Source: Lepidodermella squamata (Eukaryota > Animalia > Gastrotricha). Taken from it: a DNA stretch of 64,000 nucleotides. Position 1 is the stretch's first letter, and each line of letters starts with the position of its first letter. The stretch covers positions 434,001 through 498,000 of the forward strand of contig JBLDXI010000066.1 in assembly GCA_047495785.1 (NCBI GenBank). The letters are read 5' to 3'. The notes beneath the pieces were generated by a model. That model had not been told where the DNA came from and ran no database searches. It saw nothing but the letters and a program-made list of their open reading frames with translations. The translations under genes were made by a program, and so were the position numbers. This document shows positions 11,561 to 24,730 of this stretch, one piece after another.

Positions 11561-11900
11561 CTGAACTCGCCGCACTCGATTTACTCATTGCAACTCGCCT
11601 CCGGCTCGTTTCGATTCGTAAATCTCGGCCGGCCCCGTTCAGATATGAACGATTTACGAATGATATACCATACAAATAGAGCATTCGCTCAAAAATATCA
11701 AAAATATAGTGTTATTACCCATGCTCATGTACCCATGCTAGTCCCATTGCGAAATTTCAGTCTTCTTCATTTCGTTATTAATTATTAACTTCACACAAAA
11801 AATGAACCGTTACCTGCTCTTAGTAAGCCTGGTAAGTTTTAACAATTGTGCATTTGATGTGAAACTTCTTCCCATATACGTCCCATAATATACGTCTACT

Positions 11901-13292
11901 ACTATCGGACACGTTGGGCGAGGCGAGTCGACGCCGTAAAACCACTGCGAAGGCAAATTGAAGTTTTTCGAAAGGCCCTATCAACTATCAGTGAGGATTC
12001 CAGCCAAACGCCGAAAACGCGATACGAAGCTGGGTGCATCTTGCGAAATCTCGAAAGCTTCGAAATGGCATTAATGATAGTTTTTTGGGATCGAGTCCTG
12101 GTGCGATTTGACCGCGTCAGTGCTGCCCTGCAAAGCCCTACGCTTGTCGTAGGTGACGGGGTTAAACTACTTGAATCCCTTGAACACTTTCGAGATTTGT
12201 GGTGATGTGGTCTCAAAGAAGAATTCGAAGCAATCGAATGCGAAGCCAGACAGATTACAGACAGACAGAAAACGCGCGGCAGGCCTTCAGTCTCCGAGAA
12301 TCGCAACGATCCGCGGGAGTTTTTTAGATCAGAAACTTTCGAAGTCATTATTTTCAATCTCGAAGCTGATGTTGCAAAACGGAGGTCAGCTTACGCCGAA
12401 ATCCGCTTCCTTCGGCTTCCTAACAGGACTTCAGTCGCTGGGTGAAGCCGAGCTGCGCGAAAAAGCGCAGAATTTCGCGAAAAAATACGCCTCGGATATC
12501 GAACCTTCATTTCCCGACGAACTTATCCACTTGTAGGTTTCGTAAATGGAGAGCAAGACTTGTCCGCTATCAACCTATTGAAGATAATTCATACGAAGCA
12601 ACTGCTAAGCGTTTTCCCAAATATCGAGATCGTTTTACGGATCTATTTGTCGCTGTTTATAACTGTTTGTAGCGGTGAACGCAGCTTCTCTAAATTGGCT
12701 TTAATGAAGGGCGATCTTAGATCAGGAGTACTCAAAGTCTGCCCCGCGGGTCACGGGTCACCCGTGACCCGCGGGGGGATTCGTGATCATGACCTGAAAA
12801 ACAGCCTTTTTTCGACAATTTGCAGCTAAAATTACCGCAAAATACCGTATATACATATCGCGAGTATATACATAAAACTATGTTTTCTGGGACCTTTTCA
12901 ATCAATTGTTCGTCAATTTAGGCTCTTGCGAAAATGGGATAATATGTCAAAATTTTGGCTAATTGCAGTTGTGACCCGCGGGGTTGTCCGCGGGTCACAG
13001 CTGTGGCCCGCTTGGCAAAAACTTTGAGTACCGCTGTCTTAGATCCTCGATGGGCCAGGACAAGCTGAACAATCTGATGATTCTGGCATTAGAATCTGAC
13101 ATCTTAAGGTCATTACATTTTGAGCGTATTATTGACATTTTTGTCGACAGAAAATTTCTAAACGTCTTTCTAACCTCCCATTTATGTCACATTAAAAATA
13201 AAAATTGTTTCGTTTTTTTTAGAAATTAACAAAAAAATGGGGCTGCCAAACGTCAAGAGCCCAGGGGCCGCCGGAGGGTTAATCCGGCCCTG
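11901..13292 (+). mobile_element. hAT transposon (ZMYM1-like transposase), 5'-truncated and decayed
   Basis: Translates TRWARRVDAVK...LESFEMALMIVFWDRVL...VSAALQS, then the dimerisation domain FPNIEIVLRIYLSLFITVCSGERSFSKL...LRSSMGQDKLNNLMILALE. Right TIR TTAATCCGGCCCTG ends at 13292. Confidence 0.85.
12723..13036. mobile_element. hAT (Charlie-like) MITE nested in the hAT dimerisation domain
   Basis: TSD TCTTAGAT at 12715-12722 and 13037-13044. Ends CAGGAGTACTCAAAGT and ACTTTGAGTACCGCTG. Removing it restores LRS-SMGQ. Confidence 0.92.
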
Positions 13293-14483
13293 ACTATCGA
13301 TAGGGGTCCTCGGTGTTACATTAAGGTACGTTAAGGTAAGGCGATGTCCTTCATGATAAGTTAACTGTTTAATAAAATGGTCGAATTCTCTGAGTGATGC
13401 AGGATGCGGTATCACCTCAGGGGATTCCATATTATTATTATGCTGGATTCAATACGATCGTAACTACTCTTCTTGACAAGATCCTGATAAGTTGTTTCTT
13501 GTGTTGGGCTGGCATGTTATGTCATGTCATGTCATGTTCAAGAAAACGCTACGATATGTAAACGTCAGCATCTGAAGAAAGCAATTTTTTAAAAGATGCC
13601 TAGATTTTGTATCTTCTTGATGGTTTGCACAACAAATGATTTGACAGACCGGCTGCATTCTTCGTTGCGGATGCAGTTTCCGCTAGAAGGCGAGGAGTCT
13701 GGAACTTTGCGCCATCCTTCCCGCACGACCTCGCAGAATCGGTGAATGAAACGAACTTATGAAACGAAAAAAATTAAATGCCGTTAAAGGCTGCTTTTTT
13801 TATTTCTTGCTTTCGAATGCTCATGTGACTCGTCAAATATTTCAGCTGTTCGTTAAGCATTGTCGTCATTCTGACTAAAGAATCATCTTCGTATTGATCC
13901 AGCTGCTTGCATCGAGCTGAAGCTGTATATGATGCTCAACTTTTATTGTTATCAATACCTAGCTAGTAAGCACAAAAATGCGACCAGAAAAACAGACAAA
14001 AACGACGTAGATTGATTACAGTCTCGAGCTGCTATACGTTGTATAGAAATTTCTGCTGATATCTGATATTCAGTCGATTCTAGAGGCTGTTTTTGCTGAA
14101 TCAAACCTATCACCCGTTAACATTCAGAGAGAAAAAATTTAATAAAACCGCAGCACCTGAGAATATTGCCTCTTGCTTTGATAAATCTTCTGAAAATCTT
14201 CTGATGGAAAAAGTTTAAGGCAAATCCTCGGTCCGTATTGGCGACGTCCAAAAGAAGCCAACAAAGCGTCGTGCCATTTTACTGCGTATTACTAGTTAAA
14301 TCGTTAAATCGCAGAACGCAACTTCGTAATGGCTTCGTGATCGATGCAAAAAGTAATGTTCCTTTTCCAACATCTAACAGCCTCCGCCGATCAGTGAATA
14401 ATAGATGATAACGTTAGAATAACATCAGAGAGCCAAAACTCGACTGCCAGCTTAGAAAATCTATAAGCGCCAGAATTCAAGTA

Positions 14484-15118
14484 ATGAAATCTGTTCTATT
14501 ACTTTGCATTACAGCTGACTCGCTTCTCCGGATCGCCGGTTCCGGGCAACCGGGCGATTCGGCCGAGATTTCCGGTAACTATAATTCCCCCGTTTCCAAT
14601 GTTGATATTTCTGTCTCTATATAGTTGACGTATCCAGACCTGACTGTTGCTTTCGGGTGAACGCATTGACATTCTCCGGAAAAGTACACCTTTTCTCGAA
14701 TAATTCGGTAACCCCACGGTTTTGCTCGATACAACTTACGGCGGCAAATAACAGCCATGGAGTCGTTATTCCGACAAGTGACTTCAACTCTTCTGCCTAC
14801 AAACGAGCTGCGATCAATCTTGAGACGACACTGCCAACAGCTGAGAACTGGTCGAGTGTAATCTTCGGAAACCCTTTTGAGACCGACGCGATATTCCGCC
14901 TTAATTTTTCTAATCCTGCTCACGAAAGATTGACGTTTGGTCTGAAATTCTACCTTTCAAACGATGATAACGAGACAGCATGTGATTTCATGGAAACCAT
15001 TTCACCTGGAGCAATTTTCGCCATTGTTATCGGATCTCTATTAGCATTGCTGTGCGCGGCGAAACTGATCATTGGAATTTGCAGTCGTAACAAACGAGAT
15101 TACAAACAGTATTTGTGA
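14484..15118 (+). CDS. Type-I membrane protein family, A-type intact copy
   Basis: Exons 14484-14574 and 14625-15118 with a phase-1 intron. MKSVLLLCITADSLL...VDVSRPDCC...PRFCSIQLTA...TM AIFAIVIGSLLALLCAAKLII, tail RNKRDYKQYL*. Confidence 0.85.
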
Positions 15119-15876
15119 AAATTTGACAAAATTTAAATTTCAACTATCTAAGAGTTTTTCTGTAAGTAAAAATTTCCCATTTTGTTGCTTTGTGCCTTTT
15201 GGTTTCAATCATTCAATTAACAGACTCGCCTACTTCAAGTAACCAAAGCGTATTAATGGTTAATGGATAGCTCTTTACTTATGCGAACCACGTAGGTATA
15301 TCATTTGATGCCCCATCGTAAAAATTGATGAAAAACACGTGGAAAAATACTACACACACGCCGCACACACTCATAAATTACACGCGTCAAAGCTCGAACA
15401 AACATATGCTGGCCGCACTGCATCTATGGATGTACTTCTATCATCGTACATAGTATATAGTAGGGAAACAGCTCAAAAAGGCTATTCACAAGCGTAAATT
15501 GTTAATCATCACTCTCAAAGCAGTATTGTTTTCACATGTAATTTTCTTTTCTAGGCATCATAGCATCATAGCAGCTTAAGATACATTTTAACTCTGCGGC
15601 ATAGTAGTAAGATCATCATTCAGCATTCAGCGAGGGATCATTTTACGGAATTTACATCTCCCTAAGGGCTGCAATTTTGCGTGTTTCTCCATCGATCTTC
15701 TATCAGCACTCATGTTTTTAATATTCAGTATATCGACCACCTTAATGAATCAATATAAAGTGTCGACCGACTAATTCATATGTTTGCAACGTACGCCGTG
15801 CTTCTCATTAAAATTCAGAAGATTTTTTTAGATGATTTTTCTTACTTTACGGGACACCTGGATGTAGTTCTCAACG

Positions 15877-16530
15877 ATGAGACAATTTTTCGTCTTATTA
15901 TCAGCACTATTTTCAGTCATTTATTGCTCCGAAAATGTAGCTCAAGACTATTCAAGTGAGTAATGAATTTTCAGAACTTTTCCTGAATTTTCCCGAATTT
16001 TTCTAGTTGATTTCTCAAACAGTTCCTGGTGCAAGAATTCAGTCGAAGAGCCTCAGATACTTACAATTTATCGTTATGCAAATATCGCGGTTCATAACGC
16101 CGTAACCTCGCCCTACTGCTCAGTCATTGTAGCTGATGAAGACACTTACCGGTTCGCAATAAAATGGCACACAGAATTCGACCACGCCAATTACACTGCT
16201 GTTAGACTGCAGCTGGCGACTCGATCTCGGGCGAAAGATAACTGGACTGAGCTGCCGTCGTACGAAGCCAAAGATACGAAGCCGTTCATCAAATTTACAC
16301 TGCTCAACCCAAAGCAGGAGCCTGTTAATTTCAACGTGACATTTTCCTCAACGAAATCGAGCGCTGACAGCCCGTTGACTTCGGGCGTTTATGCTGGCCT
16401 CATTGTTATAGCGATTATGCTAGTTTGCGTGGTCTTCTTCGGCATTTTCAAGTGTTACACGGATCGGTCGGCTCAACGGCGAGCTGGCTACAACTTACCA
16501 CCAGAACATCATGCTGACCAGCGGTTATAG
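15877..16530 (+). CDS. Type-I membrane protein family, B-type copy 2
   Basis: Exons 15877-15955 and 16007-16530. The ectodomain is close to 6567-7193, but the TM/tail differ (…RRAGYNLPPEHHADQRL*). Confidence 0.85.
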
Positions 16531-16612
16531 AAGACAATTTTATTTATTTTCACAAATTCGAAATAAATTTGACAACAATTGCGATTTCCTTTGATGAATT
16601 CAATATCTACGT

Positions 16613-19311
16613 TCATCGAGCCAAAACAATTGAGGACGAAGTACTTTGATTCTCGTTTGCCGCACCCGAGGACCACCAAGCCCAATACAGTTTCATAGCT
16701 TTGATTTTCTGTGAAAATCGTTAATTTTTCCATGAATTAAGGGTTATTTGATTATTCTTACCGGTGTTGTGATCGAACCACGTTGGGCAAAGTCCAGTTC
16801 TTCGAAATCTCGCAAGCGTTGAAACATTGATTGGGATACTTGAATTTTGTCGCCTAGACCAGTTGCATGAACTACGGCGGCTGTTGTGACAGCCTCGCCG
16901 AAAACCATGAGGCGTGATAGTTTGAATCGCATGACGTAGGACTTGGCCGGTCCAAGGTGAACGCCAGCGCGTAGACGCATTATCTTCCGAGAGTCCTCTT
17001 GCCCGGCTTGCATTACAGCCATTCGCTCTTGAATGTCATTAGCTAATGCCACAATCTGAAAAGTGGAACAAAAGGATATTATAAGGAGTATCCTTACCAA
17101 TATCTATTCACTGAGAATCCTTCACCTTCGATACTTTGTATTTCTTGTAGAAATTCTCAGAAAACAAACCTCGAATGCATGATCAACTGAATGATATTCG
17201 CCTGTAATCAAGTTTAGAAGAGATTTGAAAGGAATATATAGCTTTGATCTTACCAACTCCAGCGGCTATCACCATAGATTCTCCGAACACATAGACCTGG
17301 AAAAGCATTTCTGAATAATTTTGTAGAGACATTAGGGTCTAGACGTACCTTGTAACAGTTGTACTTCATCATCTCGACTTCAGCCATTTCGTAAAACTCG
17401 GAGACCAAGTTCATGAATTCGTCCATTTCCAAATGTTGCATCAAGTCGTCAACATTGAAAATGTCCAAGATCAACACGGCGGTATCTTAAAAACAAAATT
17501 CAGCGAAGATTTTGGAATATTTCACCGATGTTTACCTTTAAAAACTCCCTGAATCTCGTGAACTCTCATAGCTGCAGCTTTGACTTGAAATTGATGTGGG
17601 ATGAACTCGTACAACAATTCAAGGGCCTGTAATACGCAAAATTAAGGCAATTTCCTATGTAACACCTCATGTTAGGTAAACCCTGTTCAACTGGTCCAAA
17701 CTGTGATGGGACTGTCGTATAAAAGTTTGCAATGAAACAGTAGCATAAGCATGGACAACAATTGTCCCGCCAGCTATCAACACAGAAAGTGTTGAAAGCA
17801 CAGCAGCTAGGAATACATTTAGTGAAACTTCTCCAGCTAAAATTCAAAATTTGTTACATAGGACGTCTCTCCCCATCCATTGACCAGAGAATCGGTTCGC
17901 CGCAGCCAAAGCCGCAGGTTGGAGGGAGTGAAGAACGTAAAGAACGCTCGCGTCATGGGTACCCATTACAGCCGCCCATTCTTCGCCTTGCATCGAAATG
18001 AAATCTTGGTTCAAGACCTAATCCAAATTTCAATTGAAAAAAGTTTCAAGCGCGGTATCATACGTATCCAGCAAGACGATCGAAATCTTTGCCAGACTCT
18101 TGATCCGAGAAGTTCCGGACCTTAGCCGCGGCCAAGTCACTCGAAAGCGCGGTGATTTTGAGGTTCTCTTGGAACATGAAGAGAGAGCTGACGATATTTT
18201 GATATACAAGTTCACGAATGTCGGAAATTGTTCGATCTGCAAAGAATTACGCCACTACAATGAATCCAGACATTCCGGAGCATAACTCACTTTCGGCCGC
18301 AAGTTTCCTTCCCAACAATGCGAATTTCCTTAGGTTCAGATACTGAAAACGATTGGAATCAAAGTTCAAAGTTAGAATCGAAAACTTCGCTTACAGCTTG
18401 GAAAACTTTATCGGCCGCCAGAGATTCTCGCCATCCTTCGTATCTGGGTCCGAACAAAAGGCCGTCTCTTGCTAGCCCGGCAAGACTGTCAACGATTCCA
18501 GAATAGAAATGGACAACATCTTCCTCTGTTAAACTATGCGGTTTTTAAGTGATCAGATTCGAAGAAGAAACTTCTACCATTCGTGTCGTTGGAAGTTTTA
18601 CGAACATCGCGTTGGTTCTTCAGAGCGAGTTTCAGCGCAAGCGAAGAAGATATGTTGGCGCGCATGTCCTCTGGCACAGAACTTAGGTCTCGCGGCCAAG
18701 TTTGCATGGTAAGCAATTTCTTGAAGTAAAAAAATTAAACAAGACTTCACGGATAAAGCTTGGCTTTACCGAATCAACATTCCGCATAGCGATCTGAGCT
18801 TTTTGCAAGAACACTTCGTAAGGTCCAGTGTTGAATCTTTATCAAATCAAAGATCAATTATTTTCATTGTAGTTCCAAATTACAGGACCTCACTCGAAAA
18901 ATGGCTCCATTTCTAGTGCGAGAAGTAGCGCTAGGTCGTAGATTTCAAAGTTAAGATGGGTTGTTGCCTTTAATACAACGGCTATAACTGAAGCTTTTCC
19001 AACAATCAATTTGAAATGCGACTTACACTGACGTAATTTCCGACTTCATTGCGAATTCGAGCTAATTCAACGTCAGTGTAGACTTGGACGATGGTACCGG
19101 AGAACGCGAGCACAGCGAACAATGCCACCTGTATCGAAAATTTGGGACAAGTAATTCTAGGAAATCGACATACCTGAATTAGTAGAATGATCCGCCCTGA
19201 TTTCACCTCAACATTTGCGATGAAAAACTGTCGCAAAATGCCCGGATCGGCGACATGGATGATGGGTTCCCCGTCCTCATAATGGGAGCCTTCGCTTGGG
19301 TCAATTCTCAT
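16613..19311 (-). CDS. Two-TM NIT-GC-like guanylyl cyclase with a degenerate catalytic domain (multi-exon)
   Basis: N-terminal TM, helical extracellular region, TM2 (VFLAAVLSTLSVLIAGGTIVV), S-helix ELLYEFIP, then the class III cyclase motifs ILDIFNV, YKVYVFGES, LRAGVHLGP, LMVFGEAVTTAA, KIQVS, RGSI, MKLYW. No kinase-homology domain. The NIT assignment rests on architecture only. Confidence 0.75.
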
Positions 19312-20224
19312 GGCTAGGAAAATGCTTGCGAATTATGAGTGAGGAAATCGTCCCTCGGCGTGCCTTTTATTGGGTATCAGGCCGGGTAGCTAGACATCCC
19401 GCAAAACTGACCTTAATTGCTATTGAGACGAGCGGATAATCTGCACTGGCCAAATGACTCCGAGCGTCATACTTTTAGGTTTTAGTAATTGATGTCTATG
19501 AACTACTAATGACGCCTATGCAGCCTGTTTGTTTCTACTTGGGACTTCCGATAGGCAATTACAAAAAGAAAGTATAATCCTCCCTTGATCTCGCGGACTT
19601 TTCTGACCTGGTTTTCACGGGCGAATGTTTACATGTACCTGTCTTTGATAAACAAAGAAACGGGTGTGTTTTGGGTGCGCACCCTGAATCTAAGGTTCGA
19701 TAGCTTTATTTGGGACTGCAGCTCTATAGGTTTCCAAATGATATAGCATTCAATCCTAAAAGATGGATCTCACTATTTCGCCTATTTTCAGCTATCAGCA
19801 GTCAGTTTACGAGTTATACTCCAACGTGCGGGACCGATATCGATATCCTAGTATCGATTTTACAGATTTTTCCGATCAGCAGTCTAGGATACCACTATTG
19901 AGTATGCCTGAGGGTACAAAGTGGCTAAAATACAAAATCTAAGAGTTACAGGTTACAGGGGCGTCATCGTCGTTATTTTCATCTTTCAGCTTTCAGTTCG
20001 CGAATTTTAGGAATTTACGCAAATCTGCTGTCGATGAAACAAATGTTTCCACCCACTGCTATTGATAAATTATTTACAACTCGTACCCCTTGGCTGCAAG
20101 CTTTACGTGATGTTGTATGCTGCTAAATAAATCGATCGCCATTGTGCTGGCGCTTTCTATACCGAAAAATGCTTCTGGAATAGTGAAACCGTGAGATAGT
20201 ACCTAAAATCTATCATCGTTTAAA

Positions 20225-20937
20225 ATGTTGATTTTCCCATCTTTACTCGTTCCCATTTTTGCGGCTTATTATTACATGCCAACTGATGCGGAGCCAGAAC
20301 AGGAAATTCTCCTCAGTAAGAACGTGAACTCATTCTAGATTTTCACTATTTTTCAAATTTTTTTCGATTTTTTTGAGGTTATCATTAAACCCGAGAATCA
20401 ATTCTTCCTATCATAATTTTGAAAACATTTTTTTTAACAGTTGACCTGAAGTATCCAAATTGGTGCCGGCTATTGACCCCGATTCAGGTCGAACCGGATC
20501 AAAAAGTTGTAGTTTACGCAAACTCCAGCCTAACGCCGCCAAGCTGCTCAATCCAACTCATCGCCGGGACGAATGATAGCAACTACCGATTTGCCATGGA
20601 TTGGACGCGAAAATGGAATTCAAGCCTATACAACCAAAAAACGAACTTCAACCTAGAAACGCGATGCAAGCTAAACGACAATTGGACCTTGGTTACGGGC
20701 GATAACGAGCCGGATCAATATGTGAAAATTACCATCAATAACCCGTTGAAGCAACGCGTTGATTTCGAACTTGTGCTATCGGCTAGGCAAAAGCCGCAGA
20801 AGCAGGAAATGAATTATTTCGCGATTGGCCTAGCTATTGGCCTCGTTGTAGCTGGTTTGCCGTGTATAATCATCGGAATTGTCGTTGGTATCTGGCTGTT
20901 TCGAGTTAACCGCCGCAATTATCGAGGATATTATTGA
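20225..20937 (+). CDS. Type-I membrane protein family, divergent member C
   Basis: Exons 20225-20315 and 20441-20937 with a phase-1 intron. IDLKYPNWC...PPSCSIQLIA...NW...ITINNP...DFELVLS, then TM, tail RRNYRGYY*. Confidence 0.85.
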
Positions 20938-21766
20938 AAATTTCGAAATAAAATAAAATAAAAATCGAATATAATTACGTTTCATTTTAAAAAATGAGTT
21001 CCTATCCCTTATTCCAAATTTAAAAAAAACAAAAGTTGGCTATCAATAAAAATTAATTTAAAAATTAAATTGAATTGGGAAAATGCATGGGAAAATATTT
21101 TCGAAATTTCGAAATTAATTTTAATTAAAAATTGAAAATTAAATTAATTTTGAATTTTTTATTCAATTTTTTGAAATTTCGAAAATATTATTTTCACGTG
21201 ACCTTTGTTTAATTCGTCCATTCCCAGGGATGAGTCACTTATTGCCGAGATCTGAGGCCTATGTTAATTGGTCTGACATTCAACCTAAACAGATTATCAT
21301 CATGTGTGTCACTTTTGAATCAAATTACTGCAAATATTATTATAACTATCCAACTCATCGGCCGTTATTCATCCGTGAAAGCAAACTCCTGCATTCGTAT
21401 GGTGCTATACACATATGAATGTACCATGAGAGCCGTCAGTGCATCGTATAATATTAAGGCTATAGACCTTTTATTATACTATACATTTTTAGGTATACAA
21501 GCATACACACACGTTTTTTATGCGTAAATGCCATCTGTTGTGAAAACCTTGTATAATATTAGTAATAAGCACTTGTATTGGAATAATTTCCACTATTCTC
21601 ACCTTATCACACCGCCTTACAGAAAACATGTGTGTGTGTAATAACAAAATTTCAATCCCAACATTTCTATTTTCAATACGATTTTTGTTTTATTTAGGAA
21701 TGATTTTAGAGTAGTTGGTTTTAGGTCTTTTCTTTTGGTATTTTAATTTTCTTTCTGCTTTCAAAG

Positions 21767-23643
21767 ATACTGGATTGGAGGGAACTTTTATCGCTGCATC
21801 GGCTCGCCATCACCAGTTTATTATTTCTCCTTTTTCGGGTTTGCCGCAGCGATGACTACACAGAACGTGATCTTCAAGGTAAAAATGGCTCTTTTTTTTC
21901 AAAATCGTAAAAAAGTCCAATTTTTAGAGACAATTTTTTTACGACATTCACGAAATAAAATAAAATTATTTGTAATTTTCACACATTAAAAAAATCCACC
22001 TAAAAATTTGACCCAATTTTTCTGTAAAATTTTCAAAAATATTTTGAAAGAAAAATTCGTGGGGCGTCAACTCATCCGCGGTCAACTCGTCCGCGACAAC
22101 TCATCCGCGACAACTCGTCCAGCGACAACTCATCCGAAATTAAATAAATATGTTAATAATTATTTTTAGTGACAACTCATCCGGTGACAACTGGTCCGGC
22201 CCGGCCAAGTTGTCGCGGATGAGTTGACACTATAATTAAATAATTAATATTTTTTTAATTTTTACAATTTTCGGACAACTCGTCCACGGACAAGTCATCC
22301 GCGACAACTCATCCTGAATTTACTAACTCATGTTATATTTCGAATTTCGGACGAGTTGACCGTGGACGAGTTGTCCGAAAATTGTAAAAATTAAAAAATA
22401 ATTAATTATTTAATTTTAGTGTCAACTCATCCGCGGCAACTCGGCCGGGCCGGACCAGTTGTCACCGGATGAGTTGTCACTAAAAATAATTATTAACATA
22501 TTTATTTAATTTCGGATGAGTTGTCGCTGGACGAGTTGTCGCGGATGAGTTGTCACCGGATGACTTGTCGCGGACGAGTTGACATTTCACCGAAAAATTA
22601 TCAAGTTTTGAATTAATTTACAAAAGAAATTTTCTAATATTCCTTGAATTTCGACGAATTTCGTCTTTCAAAGGGACCACAATTAGCAACACGCCCCAAT
22701 TAAATCGAGATTCCAGCACTGAATTATCCATGCGTCCTAACTGGCACTGAAATTTCTTGGATTTCAATTCTTTTATCGATACTAATTGAACCTATGACCC
22801 AATTTAATTACCAGGTCCGAGACGGACGCATTGAAAATGATTCCACCCATCGGATATCGGATATCCATCACATGCTAATATCGGAAAAATCACCGATTTT
22901 TGAAATCGATATCGATATATTATAAAGTATAATTCATCTTAATTGACCGCCGTTAATAAATTATTCCTAGATCCAAAATAATTTTTACTGGAACCCTAAA
23001 TTTGGATTGTCAACTTTTCAATTTCAAATTAAATTTTATTCAAAGTTTCAAATTTCAATGTCAATTTTTTATAATTTACCTTAATTTTTAATAATTTTAT
23101 AACTTTTGAAAATGATCGATTTTTTTTGCTGTGATTGCAGTCGATCTTTCAACCAATTCCTGGTGCAATAGGCCCGATCCGGTTACAATAGTTCCCTTTC
23201 AGTTGGCTTTCATCTTCTCAAACAAGGCCGCCACGCCGCCGCGGTGCTCGCTAACGTTCCAAGCCGGCAAAAAGACAACAGGATCGCTCTACCTCAAATG
23301 GCGGCGCGACTTCAACGACCAAGCCGACCTAATAGTCGAAACGCGGCCGTCTATCAACGACTCGTGGTCTAGCTTGAAGCTGAACGACAACGTGCGAAGT
23401 GATACATACCTTAGACTAACACTGGTGAACGACGCGAGGCGGCGGCTTGATTTTCGAGTCGATTTATCAGCCGAAATGCGGGATGAGTACATTGGAATTA
23501 GGGTCATGCTGTTTTTCGTCGTCATGGGCCCAACTCTCGTATTGACAACGTTCATTTTTGTGTACTACTGGCGCAAAGATCGAGTCTACAACCAAGGTTA
23601 CTTACCTGTAGCTACGTCAGATAGCTTCTATGAAGATTTCTAG
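21767..23643 (+). CDS. Type-I membrane protein family, divergent member D (start codon not resolved)
   Basis: Signal-like exon ending at 21878 (LAITSLLFLLFRVCRS-DDYTERDLQ), phase-1 intron 21879-23140, exon 23141-23643 VDLSTNSWC...PPRCSLTFQA...TM...GYLPV..SFYEDF*. Confidence 0.75.
22058..22592. mobile_element. Palindromic foldback MITE with about 15-bp subrepeats (GACAACTCRTCCGC), inside an intron
   Basis: The left half is the reverse complement of the right half. Flanked by (G)AAAAATT on both sides. Confidence 0.85.
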
Positions 23644-24730
23644 CAATTTCTCTAGCATTTTTCCTCAATTTTTCGCTCACTATATATTTTAAATTGAAAT
23701 GCTAATAGTCTTTTTCTATCAAAATTAGAGATGAGAATAAAATCGAAGATAAAATTTTACTTTTTTTCCGAATAGACCACGGTTATGGCTCAGCAGCTGA
23801 TAGGATTCGATCGATCTTTCGCAGAATAATTGACTGATTTGTTTGAATTAAAGTAACAAAAATTGATGTTTGTTTTTGCAAAAAAAATAATAAAATTAAA
23901 ATTGGACATTCTTTCTCCTTGATGAATTTTGAATTGTTGACACGGCCAGGTAAATTGCATCAAGGCAGCAGAAAATCGCGGCGGAAAAATTCTAATTTTC
24001 GAACTTCAAAAGATTTCAACATCGGAAAGCTGCAAAATTCACCCCAAATGTACAGCGTTTCCCATAAAAAATTTTAATTTCGAATTTTTTTGTAGAAAAT
24101 TCCTCCAATTTTTTTAAATTAAAACTGCCGGGAGAACCTTCTATCACTTATCAACGATTATACCGGACAATAAAAACAATTTACGGGTAAATCCCGATGG
24201 TAAATGGTTTGGTAATTTTCGGTATTTTGCCCTGTCACATCAAATTTCCGTGGAATTTTTTAATCCCGTTGCAAAGTAAAATACTTCATCGCTATTTTTT
24301 GCACTTTGAAAATTTCCAAGGATTTTTTGACATTTCTGATTTTAGAGTTTCTGATTCATTTTCCGTGTGAAAAAAAACTAAAATTTTGTACGTATACTGG
24401 TCAACAATTGTTTAGGTCACGTCAGAACTTAATACACGGTGAGCGGAACCCAATTTGCTGTAGCGGAACCAAACTCGAAATATGCAACGAGTCACTTTTC
24501 GAATAATTTCAGGAATTAGAGGCATGACAGAATTTTACGCTGAATTTTACGGCAATTACATTGGTCAACCATAATATACCCTTGAAAGTTCCGAAAAGTT
24601 GTATTCATCCCATTAACCATTTCCAAGTTTGCATGCCAATTTGGTTCCACCACGGCAACTTAGGTTCCGCTCACCGTAAATTTTTAGTTTCGACAAAAGG
24701 ACGACCCATTTTAAAAGGGAAAATCTTATG

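Noticed and set aside
22058-22592. CRISPR-like short repeats or structured ncRNA
   Set aside because: The subrepeats are arranged as a palindrome with duplicated flanks, typical of a foldback MITE.
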